The position numbers and the translations under genes are program-made. A model generated the notes under the pieces. It saw only the letters and a list, made by a program, of their open reading frames with translations, made no database searches and was not told the DNA's origin. DNA of 61,901 nt, filler included, from Hausera hauseri (lineage: Eukaryota): assembly GCA_046269625.1 (NCBI GenBank). It is 13 parts of 13 records of this genome, joined end to end, with 100 filler letters (N's around TTAATTAATTAA, not from the genome) between each part and the next. Parts side by side here need not be neighbours in the genome. Positions count along the whole stretch, not along the records: positions 34,629 to 38,650 come from JBJURY010813087.1; positions 38,751 to 43,350 come from JBJURY010510461.1; positions 43,451 to 47,416 come from JBJURY010851856.1; 10 more parts are not named here. One strand, given 5' to 3'. Shown piece after piece: positions 35,049 to 47,516 of this stretch. Position 1 is the first letter of the stretch, and each line of letters starts with the position of its first letter.

Positions 35049-38000
35049 ATGACTTTAGAAGTGGATGAATACGAATATGATTCTTCGGACGAAGAGGTAA
35101 AACATTGTCAATTGTTTAAATTCCATATGTTAATACATTTTAGGGTTTAATTAATACCATTGGTAACATTCCACAAGAATGGTATTGTGATTCTGAACAC
35201 ATTGGCTACGATGTAACCGGTCGAAAAATTTTAAAACTATCTTCATCTCAAAAAGGCGAAATTGAAAAGTTCATTGAGAATGTTGAGAATGGTGACCGAG
35301 GACGAGTTATTGTCCATCCAATTACTGGACAAAAAGTAGTTATTACCGACGAAGATATCAAAACTGTCCGCGGTATTTTATCCAGTCGAACATTTTCTGT
35401 TTCGTCGTTTGATGATGATTTGGTCAAAGATTGGTTTACACGGATACCAATGGAGACACCGATTAGTGCTGTACCACCACAGAAGAGCAGTTTTGTTCCA
35501 CCGAAGTACGAAAAAGACATCGTCAGCAAATACGTGTACGCTATTAAAATGGGCCGAATGCAAAAGGCTGACAAAGAACCGAACCGATTGCCGGATTATG
35601 ACAATGATGATGAAGTGTGGGGCATGGATATTCCCGACCACTGGAATCCAAATAATAAATCGATAGTAAATGAAAAACTCGGAGCACTTCGAGAATTTCT
35701 CCCGAAAGAGTTGCAAATCGCTGAAGACAACACCAAGACGACAATTCGACCCCTGCTCCCACCTCCACCAATGCCGTTGCCGACTCACGCTGACTCATAC
35801 CGACCTCCACCTGAATATTTATATTCCGATGAAGAGAGAAAGAAATACATTCGATGGTTTTTCGATCCATCATACAATCCTTCTCGATTGGCTGACGAAA
35901 AACCAAATATACCGAAAATATATCCGAATTTACGTTCGGTTGGCTACAGTGATCAGTTAATCGTTGAAACGGAAAAACGTCAACGTGAGAAATTATACGG
36001 TGCTCGCATGGTTGTGAACAAAGTCGACACAACATCCGAGAAAATTTTGGAAATGTTTGCACCACCAAAGATTGATATGCGACCGTATCCGGAATCGGTT
36101 ACAAATAAGCAGTATGTTTTTTTAATTATTTTTTTGAAATTACGCAATAAGATACACACAAACGAATGTTGTTGTGAACATGTCATTTATGACATTAATA
36201 TTTTTGCAAATTGTTATTTGATTCTATTTCATTTATATTCCTGTAAAATTCATATAAATCGGTTAAGGGGATATTCTGTTTATTCCTTAATTTATTATTG
36301 TGTCAGGGATTTGAAAAATAAACTTTGGGAAGAGTAACATGATAAAGTATGGCAAAAATGTATGCTTGTCATTTACGACTCTACTACGTTTCAAGCGATA
36401 CGGCATTGCTGTTTATCAATCTCAAAGTGAGGTGTAGGATTTCATGGTTTGTGAAAACATATTCAAAACGAATTTAAACTATAGTAATATGGCATTTTAC
36501 TGTTGAAATTTGACACTTGTACACCATTCACCACAATCCTTTATAAGGATTTTGACTTCTGATAACGTTGTCATACCCGTTTTTCAAGGATTATTCGACT
36601 TATAGTTTGCAAACGATGATCCGTTATGTAATTTGCAAATGATGGTCTACTGTACTAAATAGTCATTACAGTTATCCATCGCTTATGGTTCCTGGTCTGT
36701 GTATACAGTGTGGCTTCACAGAACGGCGATACAATAACGCTCGCTCATTGGACTGATGTTTTAAGTTTGAAGACACACACACAATAACATGTCGAAAGAA
36801 ATAGAATGTCAGTTGGGGAAACGTACAGAAATTTTATCGGAATACAAAATTTCAATGTATTTGTGGGGATAGTGAACAAGTGCCTAAATTTGTATATTTC
36901 AATTTCTATTGAATTATGTGCTCATTCAGTTGTAAAACAAATTTCACATTATTAATCATCATTAAACTCTGAATTTGTACAACTAATTTCGTAAAGTTTT
37001 GTTTGGATATTTTCGATTGCATTCTGTGATTTCTAACAAACGGTAGTTTGGTATGCATATTGCGTTTTGAACTGTCCCGAATCCGCTGTACACTTTTTTT
37101 TTGTCGAACAATCGATAAGTCGTTTCTTGTCTGAATAAAGGCTGTCTAGTGGGTCATTTTTGGTAAGCAGAACTCGTGCTCATGAGATATTCGAAACAAT
37201 CTGCTACTCTTACGTATGACCAGTAGGGCACACACACACACACCCGTTTCTTATTGAGCAAGAAGAAACGCTATGTCTTGTTGAATTTTTGCCATATTAA
37301 TTGCACTGGTGTGAGCGATAACGAATAGATCTTCAAAACAATCTGTGAATGCTGCTTCATTTTTCTGTCGTTTTTCTGTATGTCCATAGACATTTTTCAG
37401 TGGCTTCCATCGTTCAAACAGCAAATCAAGCTTCTTAATAGAATCCTAACCGAATGGCATTTATTGTTGTACTAGTATAATATTCTCCGCATCTACCGCA
37501 TTGTCGACTCAATTTCTGTTCTATGTATTCGCCGTTGTGCCATTGAAATTCAGCACAACTAAACGGGTTATTGGAAGAGAGTCGTCGCTGAAGTGCGAAG
37601 ACTATATTTGGACAAAACTTGGAGTCCTCCGAATGACCTGTAAATATGATTTTGTTCGAGTGGAATTTTGCACTCCAAAGTTTTAAACGAAAAAGGAACA
37701 AAATTATGGGGTCATAAGGAACATTTCCGATTTTCATTTTTAAGAGACATCCTAATATACACCCTAATTCTTCAGTGGCTTCCATCGTTCAAACAGCAAA
37801 TCAAGCTTCTTATTAGAATTCCATAAAAACCATCATTCTAAAGCACTATTTCACAATACTTCTCACAAATCAAAAAACGTTGTATTAAATGTTTCATTCT
37901 TTCCAGACCCACCCATGACACCATCTTGTCAATGAGCGTAACGTCAGACAGCCGTTATTTGGCAATTGTTGGCTACAAACTCATTCAAATTTTCGCAACC

Positions 38001-38339
38001 GCTCATTTGCGTCAAAGTCTGCGTCAGTATCCGATAAAAATTAACAATGAAAACGATGTCAGTATCAGAAATCCATGTTTGAAATGGAATCCAACTCGCA
38101 CGTTACTTTTAGCTGCTTACGACAATAAAATTGTCATTATAAATCCGGATTTGGAATTGGGAGATGAATGTGAGGACCAGGTGCAGACATGGTACAAATC
38201 ATCACAGTCAAAGATGGAAATTGATGACGAACCGAGCTCTAAGAAACAGAAACTCTTGACGAACTGGTCTTTGGTTCGTGCGAAACATTCAAATCAATTG
38301 GAGAAACAATTGTCTCGAATTGAAATTACATTAACGGAG
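35049..38339 (+). CDS. BOP1: Ribosome biogenesis protein BOP1/Erb1, exons 35049-35096, 35144-36111, 37907-38339 (3' incomplete)
   Basis: YDSSDEE|GLINTIGNIPQEWY...HIGYDVTGRKI, LPTHADSYRPPPEYL, YPNLRSV and DMRPYP, followed by a WD40 region. GT-AG introns have matching phases (0 and 2). Confidence 0.88.
37170..37440 (-). mobile_element. hAT(m)-like transposase N-terminal remnant inside BOP1 intron 2
   Basis: The minus strand reads KKLDLLFERWKPLK...EAAFTDCFEDLFVIAH...DIAFLLAQ, a pattern typical of this family's N-terminus. Confidence 0.5.
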
Positions 38340-38750
38340 GTTGATTTCTATTTTGGAGAGTGATTCAATAAGATTTCGAATAATAATTATTATTTAATAA
38401 TTTAAAACAATTTACAGAGTATCAATCGTTGAAATTTGGAGTAGCATGACTGGCAGATAATCTACGTTTTATGCTTTCATGATTCGTCTAAGTTGTGTAA
38501 AAATAACGCATTTGGAGCCTTCAAAAATACAACAGCATTTCTCACTTGTTCAAATCTCCTTTGCTACTTTCTGAAATTTGGAATTACTTTTCTCCAGCTA
38601 ATATTCGATTTATAGCGTTTCCTTGATGTTCTGCCATAATGAAAAATATCNNNNNNNNNNNNNNNNNNNNNNNNNNNNNNNNNNNNNNNNNNNNTTAATT
38701 AATTAANNNNNNNNNNNNNNNNNNNNNNNNNNNNNNNNNNNNNNNNNNNN

Positions 38751-41700
38751 ATTTAAAGTTTTCGAGTCAGATGCAAATGGGTACATTAAATTTGAACTGG
38801 CTAAGGATATTGTTGACATTTCATTGGCCAAAGCTTTGGCTATGATATTGAGTTTTGAAAAACAGCGGTTTGAGACATCGACGTATACGAAGACGGCGGC
38901 GGTACATGTTGAAACACTCAAACCCAAACTGAAAACTGGACTAAGTCAAATGTACATTTACGTGAATGTCACAGAACCGATTTTGTCGGTGGAGTACGTG
39001 TACCGCTACTCCGTGCAAATTATCCAGAAAGTAGCAAGTATACTGCCGGTGATAATGTCACTGTCAAGCTCGATAATCCAATGTACCTACCTGTGGCATC
39101 TAGGTCTATAAACAATGTTGAAATGAATATCCGATGTGACGCGGGCTACATTATTGAATTGCCGTACGGTACCACAACCAGTTTAACTCTTCATTTCCGT
39201 CGAATCCAACAACAACAACAACAGCATGATTGATTCTGAAATCGTTTCCATTTAAAGTAAACCCCAGCAGGGCTGGGAACTGCCGTATTTCGTTGGTAAA
39301 CAGTATGGCTTTGGATGGTTGCGTACATTGGCACGTTTAGCATTTCCGGTGTTCAAACGTATTGGAGCCGTGGCAGCAAAAACAGCACAGGATGTACTAC
39401 ATGAAAACAAATCGATTTTACCATTATTGAAGGAACATGCCTTGCCAAAAAAAGAAGCGCTGCACCGGTAGTCGTTGAATCAGTCAGAAAATAATTCGCT
39501 GGTAGTGGCTTGAGAAAACGTGGTAGAACAGCTAGATTTTTAACTATAAACAAACGTCGTCGTCATACGATTTTCGACTACTTGACAGACAAATAGCATA
39601 TGCAAAATCTAAGTTGTCTATATTTGACAAAGCCGAGCTAAAAGGTGTCATTGACAATGCAAAATTTGAAGAAATCTACCCCGTTAATTATGTTTCAACG
39701 GACGATAATATTGACATTCATTTTAACATTATGGCGTCAGACAATGAGTATTTCAATTTGAATGACTCGCTACAGTATGTAAAAATCATTGTTAAAAGGA
39801 TTCACCAACGGTTCTTGCTGCAACAGACAGTGTCACACAGAGTCAAAGTTGAAGGCAATACCAACATGTATAGTATCAAAGCTGTCATTGAAACGGATCT
39901 GAATTACAGTGCAGATACGAAAACGACTCATGTGACGAAAACCATCGGATATGACACAGCAAATCGTCAAGCATGGGTGACAGAATACAAAGTGTTTAAA
40001 TGTGTGGACCGCTGTACATTGAATTTTTCGATCAGCCGAAATACCTACTCTCCGGTGTTAAAGCTCAGATTCGACTCAAACGCAGCGAAAATGTCTTTTG
40101 CCTGAAAACTGCAGTTGCAAGTCTTAAATCCATACTGAAAATTACCGAGGCACCTTTGTTCGTACGTCGTGTAAAGGTAGAACAATCTGTGCTCATGAGA
40201 CATCGATTGGGTTTGGAAACACAAAATGCCTGTTACCCATTACAACACAGAGAACTCGTATTTTACACGATACCCAAAGGTTCAACTGCGTTTTACAAAG
40301 GTGCACTGTTCAGCGACATGCGATTGCCGAAATTTGTGCTTGTTACATTTCAAATGACTGTTCAACAAACGGGCAGTTATACCCATAGCAATGTGAATTA
40401 CATAAGTTTGGATAATAATGCGGATTTCGTTGAGATATACCAGCAAGATTTCAAGACTGGCGATTATGTTTGCACGTATATTCAATCTATCGTGCGTAAC
40501 ATGAGTTTTCTGAACAAAAATGTCAACAATGGCATATGGATAGATTTGTTCAAGTGAACCTGTCCATTTCTCACCTTTGTCCTGGCTCCGGAAAATGATG
40601 TTGAATAGACTCAAATATCTCAGCAAGGAGGCCTAAGACTGGAGGTTCACTGTGCTAAAGCGTTGGAGCAGTCTACCATGAAGTACATTTACGGTGTATT
40701 TGATGCCGAGGTTGAAATAACGAAAAACGGAACCGTCATTGTATAAATAAAATCCGCTGTGTCTCACCGTCGTACTATGAAGTAATTTATTACTATTACT
40801 ATTATACTTCAATCACATTTTTCACATTTGGCTCCACCGAGCTCAGTCACTACCGAAAATTTCTCTTGGGCGTAAAATTTCGTGGCGTGTTTCCACTGGA
40901 CCGTGTGCCGCATTATTTACGACAAACTGGCGGCTTTATTGTGAATACATAAACTTCGTCGTTTCCGGGTGAACACTGGATTGCTGTTTACGACCAACAT
41001 CGTGAGTGTATTTTACTATACGTCATCGTTCGTTTCTCAAATTGAACGGCAATCATCATCATACCGTGTTGAATATAATCAAGTTCATTATCAACATCCA
41101 ATGATTATACTATGTGGACATTACTGCTTATTGTGGCTAACATTAAAATCACTTATGAAATATGCATCATTTTATTGCTGTTGTTTTGTGTACCAAAGAG
41201 CGAACAAATCATGAGAAATAATATAATATGACACAATCATTCTTCTTGTGAGTTGTAGTACTCAATTATGAGTTCGTCGTACAAAATAAAATTCACACGA
41301 CTTTTTACAAAACAAACGAACGAACGCATTTACAACGATGACGACGATGATGATGATGATTTTGATTTTTTAACAATGTGTTTTTTCGTTGAAATTTTCA
41401 CTGGGATCCATTGATCTGATCGTGAGGCGGCTATAATAGGAAATGCTCAATTACGTGCTCAACCCATTTCCACAACCAGCAGACTTAAACAATGTGAAAT
41501 TTTTAGATTTTGAAATTTCCCATCAATTTTTCACCATGTTACTATGGTCAGACAACGTTGAAATTGTGCGCATTCGATTTCCCGACATTGATTTGACATT
41601 TGCACCAAACATTGCGCAATTCGTAACTCGTCTCGTTTCTCATAAAACATTTACTGTTTTGCTTCTTTTGTTTCTATCGCCGCCAGTAATATTTTCGACT

Positions 41701-42484
41701 CTCGCTGCGCTAGAAAATTTTTCTCGCCTTGTCCAGCTCTACCAATTTCCGCCGGTGACATGTGCGACATGTGACAAGTGCTTCCGGCTGGGTGGATCTC
41801 CGACCACAAAACACGAAATGCTTAGAATTGCGAGATAGGTGGAGAAAACTGGTTTCAAGCTCGATGTGAGCACTTTTTGGGAAGTGGTTAGGAGAAGACA
41901 CTTTTACCTACTATGATGGTTTTGACTTTTACATAGCGCTTTTTTGTTTCGTTCGTTCGTTCGTTTGTTTGATTGCATTTTTCATCCCGATCCATTGGTC
42001 TGATTGTGAGGCGGCTATAATATGAATTTTTCCCAAGCTTATGAGCAATATATTAGGCCCATTTCCATCACCGGCAGACTTGAACATTGGGAAATTTTAC
42101 CCATTTGAAATTTTCCTATAGATTTTTCCTCATGTTCCCATTGTCTGACCGACTTGCAACAGTGTCCATTGCAATCGCCAATATCGATTTACCCCTTATA
42201 CACATTTTCTCAGTGCTAGCAACATGTTTTGTATTACACGTGGAATATTTCCTGTTTTGCTTCTTCCTCTTTTAGCACCTCTACCTTACATTTCTGTAAG
42301 CCGCACCTCCGTTTACTTTTGCTCACCTCATCACACGCTATCGATATCACCTGGTCCGAACCTCTTTACTCGACCTCATTTTCTAGGAGGGGGTCGTGAG
42401 AAAATTTTAGTGAAATAGGTGGGGAAAACTGGTCGGCGGACCAATCAGAGAAGTGCGGTGGAGAGCTCATTTCTACCTACTAAT
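38751..42484 (+). mobile_element. Polinton/Maverick-like element copy 2: penton 3' (38751-39230), core protein (39226-39596), MCP (39600-40746), adenain protease (about 40780-41150), two tandem terminal regions
   Basis: Nucleotide-level colinearity with copy 1. The protease keeps GEHWIAVY and QHP...CGHYC. Ends TTCTACCTACTAAT at 42484. Confidence 0.85.
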
Positions 42485-42558
42485 GACTGTACAACAATAT
42501 GCTAATAATGCGTTCCAATTGCGATATTACATTTTGTTTTAGACTTTTATAAATAATA

Positions 42559-42887
42559 TTCCCTCTGTCCCATAACAATAGTAGCAAATGAATATTTTAA
42601 AGGAAAACTATTGGCCATTGCAGTTTTAACGCAAAATGACGAAGTCTTCAATCAAAATCATTTGTTTTGAAACATGTCAATTTGTAGTTGACTAATAATC
42701 AGTACGAATTATAACGATTTTCAAATTTCACCCTAACCCGTCAAAATTATAACATTTATATTCCTCATGTGCTACTATTATTCTAATGTAAGATGATGTC
42801 TTTTTGAGGACAATAATGTTTCGAATTTTTGAAGCTGATATTAAGATCTTAGTCAGAGTACTATAACGAATTATGGGGCAGAGACAG
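42559..42887. mobile_element. Tc1/mariner-type MITE (Stowaway-like TIRs, TA target duplication)
   Basis: TA|TTCCCTCTGTCCCATAA ... TTATGGGGCAGAGACAG|TA. Confidence 0.7.
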
Positions 42888-42918
42888 TATTATATATTAA
42901 CATCATGAATTATTTCAG

Positions 42919-43350
42919 ATATGGCTACGAGTATTTGGGTAATACAGGACGTTTGGTCATAACTCCATTAACAGATCGATGCTATCGAACATTGTTCGGT
43001 GCACTTCATTTACATCTCGGAGGTGCTCCTGAAGGACCTGCTGGAACAGGTAAAACCGAAACAACAAAGGATCTTGCTAAAGCTGTTGCTAAACAGTGCG
43101 TTGTATTTAATTGTTCGGACGGTCTTGATTACATTGCTTTGGGAAAATTTTTTAAAGTACATTTTACCATGATGATAAAGCCTTTTAAACATATGTGGGT
43201 TGTAGGGTTTGGCTTCTTGTGGAGCTTGGTCTTGCTTTGATGAATTCAATCGAATTGATCTAGAAGTGTTATCTGTGGTAGCACAGCAAATATTGACTAT
43301 CCAAAGAGCTATTGGAGCTCAACAGGAAACGTTAGAATTCGAGGGAACAC
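42919..43350 (+). CDS. Axonemal dynein heavy chain (DNAH7-like) AAA1 exons 42919-43156 and 43206-43350
   Basis: [20 protein letters not shown]-loop [10 protein letters not shown] and [21 protein letters not shown] 49-nt GT-AG intron at 43157-43205 restores FFK|GLASCG. Confidence 0.93.
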
Positions 43351-43450
43351 NNNNNNNNNNNNNNNNNNNNNNNNNNNNNNNNNNNNNNNNNNNNTTAATT
43401 AATTAANNNNNNNNNNNNNNNNNNNNNNNNNNNNNNNNNNNNNNNNNNNN

Positions 43451-44775
43451 GTTTTCATTCGCACATGGATTAGCAGGTTTGGATCACCTCGCTTCATCAT
43501 CACGGACCAGGGTCCACAGTTTGAATCTAACATGTTCAAATCCCTCGTTAACCGATTGGGGATCCACCACATTCATACTACGTCTTATTACTCCAAATCG
43601 AATGGCCTTCTAGAATGTTTCCACCGTACATTGAAAACGTCACTAAGAATTCTTTCGGAGTCGAACAGTAGTTGGACGAATCTTCTTCCGTTTGTTCTGC
43701 TTGGCTGGCGGAACACTCCGTCCACTTCTACAGGATGCTCACCTACTGAAGCCTTATTCGGAGTTCCTGTCCGATCATTATTTGAATTAACCGCCTAGAT
43801 GACACTCCCACAGATAAGATGATACGGGCGGCGCAAAATCACTTCGTCGAGGTCAGCAAAGTTTCGTCCTGGAGATTACTTAACAAAGACAAAACCTACT
43901 TACCCGAAGATTTGTATAATGCTAAATTCGTATGGCTAAAGAATCAGGCTCCTTGCGGTTTCCAGCCACGCTACCTGGGGCCCTACAAACTGATACAGTT
44001 GCATTCGCATAACGCCATCATCTCCAAAGACGGCAAAGACTTCAGAGTACACATTATTAACCTAAAGCCCGCTTTCTTTGTCGACGACACCGTACCAACC
44101 GATACGTCAACTTCTTTTTTCACATCTCCACTCCCCGCTAACCCTACATCTATTGCTACACCATTTCTACCTTCCTCTTCCGCGTATAGCCTTGTTACAT
44201 CATTTCCTACACTTATTATCATCTCTACCACTACCTCTGTTTCATCTTCCTCTTCCACTCTTTCACTCAATACAATTTCAATCTCTACTCTAACCTTTTC
44301 TTCTCTTCCTTTATCCACCACTATACCTTTCATCACTCCCTCGTCTGTTAGCACTCTTTTCAATGCCTTTAACCCTGTCTTCAACAATCCCTCTTCCTTC
44401 GTTGTCTTCTTCTTATCTTTATTCTTACTCATCTTCGCACAACACAATACCTACATCAAAATCTAACAATTTTTTCCCAAAGCTCAGTATGTGCAAACAG
44501 ACACATTGCATAAACACACAACATGCAGAGTCACATTCAGCCAGTATAGTAGGGAAAAATGAGTCAAAGGTATTCAACGTCTAATACACACTAAGCTTAA
44601 CAAACACACACTTTTCGTTTTGCGCTTTTTCTCTCTATCTTTTATTCTTTATAGTTTCAACCTTGCCACGGGAGGTGATGTGGTGCCCACGTCGATCGTC
44701 GCCCTCCGGCCCATTCGGTTGAGAACGGCCGGGTTTTCCGCTACCGGCGCGTCGGGCGCATAAGCAGGTCCAATG
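43451..44775 (+). mobile_element. Ty3/gypsy 3' end: integrase with S/T/P tail, PPT (44670-44678) and start of 3' LTR (44679)
   Basis: Motifs TDQGPQFES, SNGLLECFHRTLK and YLGPYK, then GGGAGGTGA|TGTGGTGCCCAC. Confidence 0.88.
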
Positions 44776-45799
44776 TGCATTTATGGTAAACGAAATGATA
44801 AAACGTTCCCCATCATTTTGAGAAAAGGTTTATACGTAATGTATATCGCATCCGCATGTGTAATACCAACATTCTATTATACTCAATGCGACGTTTCAAC
44901 AACTTGGATATTTTGCTTTACCACTTGGTCGGCAATTTTTCTATCTATATACGTGGTAGCTTGTCTAATTGATATTTTTTGCAGTCATACATGCATTTAT
45001 GTTCATATGGACAGTTTTACACCTATCATAACCAACAGCCATATTTGGCCAAATGTCGTCTCGATTTTAAAAATCGGTTTCAGCAAATATTTACTGATTG
45101 AATCTTCATCAAATTTAGTATAACTCGAATTGTTAATTAGCAACATTACATCTTCATACCATATGTTGAAATTCTCCAGTTTGATAATTGATTTATTCTG
45201 ACAATCTTTCGGTGCAGAAACAAATGGTTTATAACGAAATGATTGTTTCTCGTTAACATCAATTTCTGTTGTTTTAATGATGAATAAGCAACGAAATGTC
45301 ATAACTTTAAATTTTTGAAGAAAATTGAAAATTCCGTCGTTAGTCAATAACTGCATAATTCCCATTGATCTAAAATCCATCGAATAAAATTTTCAAAATG
45401 GCAAAGAAAAATTTGGTATTTCAAAATTCAAACGCAAAATTGTTATTTATTTGGCACATTTAAACAATTTCATTTATTTTCATGTTCATAAAATTTACTG
45501 TGAAACGATACAAGTCAATCATATGCAACATTTGAAATAATCAGTCTACACACTTGAAAATAAATCAGAGATAGATTTCATTAAATTATTTGCATCGAAA
45601 TGAGTTGGAAATATACCCGGAGCCTTTCTGATAGACAAATAAGTGCTCTGGAGGTCACCCATTCGTTCGGCCAGCAAGCTAAAATTGTACTGATTCAAAC
45701 AAATTTGGATTTGTTGATTGAGCAGCTTGTAAAAACGTCCGGATTATTGTACGATTCAGCATGTTCATATTGTCTTCTTCTAAAATAAGTTTATGTCTT

Positions 45800-46690
45800 T
45801 GCATTTGTCCCTTTCATTAAGATCTTCATAAATACGAGCTTTAGCAATTAAAAGAGACACATCAAATGGGTATTTCTCTAAACCCGAATCACATTTCCAA
45901 TGTTTGCAACGGTTGATCAAGTTTTGTAAATATCTTACTTAGCCACAAATTTGCATCCAAAATCGGTTGATGTCTTAACGCAGATCGGATCTGTTGTTCA
46001 GAATCTCGATATAGACCAAGTCTAAAATGACATTTTTCCAATTGAAGTTTCCATCACCAGTCTTTAAATTCACATGCTTCCGTTGACAGAGCTGCTAATT
46101 CAATAGCATGCCGAATATCACTTTCATGATGTAGAATATATTCAAACAGCCGTTTAGCCAAAGCTGATCGTTTGATATACATTTGAAAGTTTGATCTCGA
46201 AAGATTAATAAAATCCCGTCTCGACTGGATAGCATGGATGTAGTTCCCAAGCTGCCGAATCGCCCAGATGATGCAGAAATCGGTGGTACTGTGTTTGCTG
46301 ATCTTGCAGTTTTAATAGATTGTTCCAAATTTTGACCTTTTTCCATGCTTTTGGAAGCTCGCACGTATCCCGAATTGTTCATTACTATTTGGGATGGAGA
46401 CCTTGTAGCCAACGAAAAACTATTTACCTATTGTTTGTTTGACTGAAACGATGTACCTAGTTTCAATACCGTTGTTATGGTATTATCATCTAAAACACTT
46501 TCAGAAATTCCACTTTGATCAACTTCGATATCGTCGACATAAATTGTTTCTGTCAGGGTTTCCATTTTTAACAACCAAGCCGCTTGATCCTAATCGTTTT
46601 TCGTAAAAATATTTTTTCACATGCTGAAATACTTTCGGTTAACTTTTTGCTTTTGAATAAGAGTAAAGCATGAAGCATAAAATCAATTTC
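45800..46690 (-). pseudogene. TTC8: BBSome subunit TTC8/BBS8 5' half, intronless, with stops and frameshifts
   Basis: LTETIYVDDIEVDQSGISESVLDDNTI, LEQSIKTARSANTVPPISASSGRFGSLGTTSML and GLEKYPFDVSLLIAKARIYE. Confidence 0.8.
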
Positions 46691-46899
46691 TTGTAATTTC
46701 TTTTTGTTTTTTGTTTTTTTGGTCGATGGTTCTTCGACGGCTTCTCTATAATCTTTCTGACCAGTGACAAATCCAATGGCAGGATCTTCCGAACGAAGGT
46801 ATCGGGCCCCGACTAAGTACACTGTCTGGATGAAACTGCGGTACCCGGTTGTACCCGGCCAAAAGGGGCCAGGGAGCCGCAATGCACGGAGGACACCAC

Positions 46900-47000
46900 A
46901 AGTATAATGCATTTTGTCTCTTTTTTCCATACGCATACCACAGGCGTGTTCCATTGATGACTACGTTGGCTTATTATACCATGCTGTAGATTTTGCAATT
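46900..47000 (-). mobile_element. Short gypsy RT N-terminal remnant
   Basis: LQHGIISQRSHQWNTPVVCVWKK. Confidence 0.5.
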
Positions 47001-47516
47001 TTATCGTGAAATAGAAAATACTTCTATCGTAATATAAATTTCCTGGACATTTATAACTAGCTCACCAAATAAATTTTCATTAATATCGAATGTTACATCG
47101 TATAAGGACTAGGATTCGCAGAGTTCGTTATTCTTATTTAATAATTTCACATCAATCAGCTTTGATTTATTCCGTGAAGTTATCATGAACGTTAAATTTT
47201 GCATCACCCGTGACCCTTATTTTCGGGGTGTCCCTCACCGAGGAGTCTCACTCACCGCTTATCGTTTTGGTTAAAACATACACAACTATTTATCAAACAT
47301 ATGAACAACGTACATTCCGATACAATTCCCATCGATAGCCGAAAGGCAACAGAATAACAACTATAATTAAATGTACTTTCACAAATACATAAATAGTCTC
47401 TTTTTAGTAGCCATCANNNNNNNNNNNNNNNNNNNNNNNNNNNNNNNNNNNNNNNNNNNNTTAATTAATTAANNNNNNNNNNNNNNNNNNNNNNNNNNNN
47501 NNNNNNNNNNNNNNNN

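Noticed and set aside
36112-36337. Hydrophobic C-terminus of the 305-aa ORF
   Set aside because: This is intron read-through. BOP1 splices at 36111 to 37907 in matching phase.
44773-45380. Decayed minus-strand ORF next to the LTR
   Set aside because: It looks coding-like but has no recognisable motif, so I cannot assign a product.
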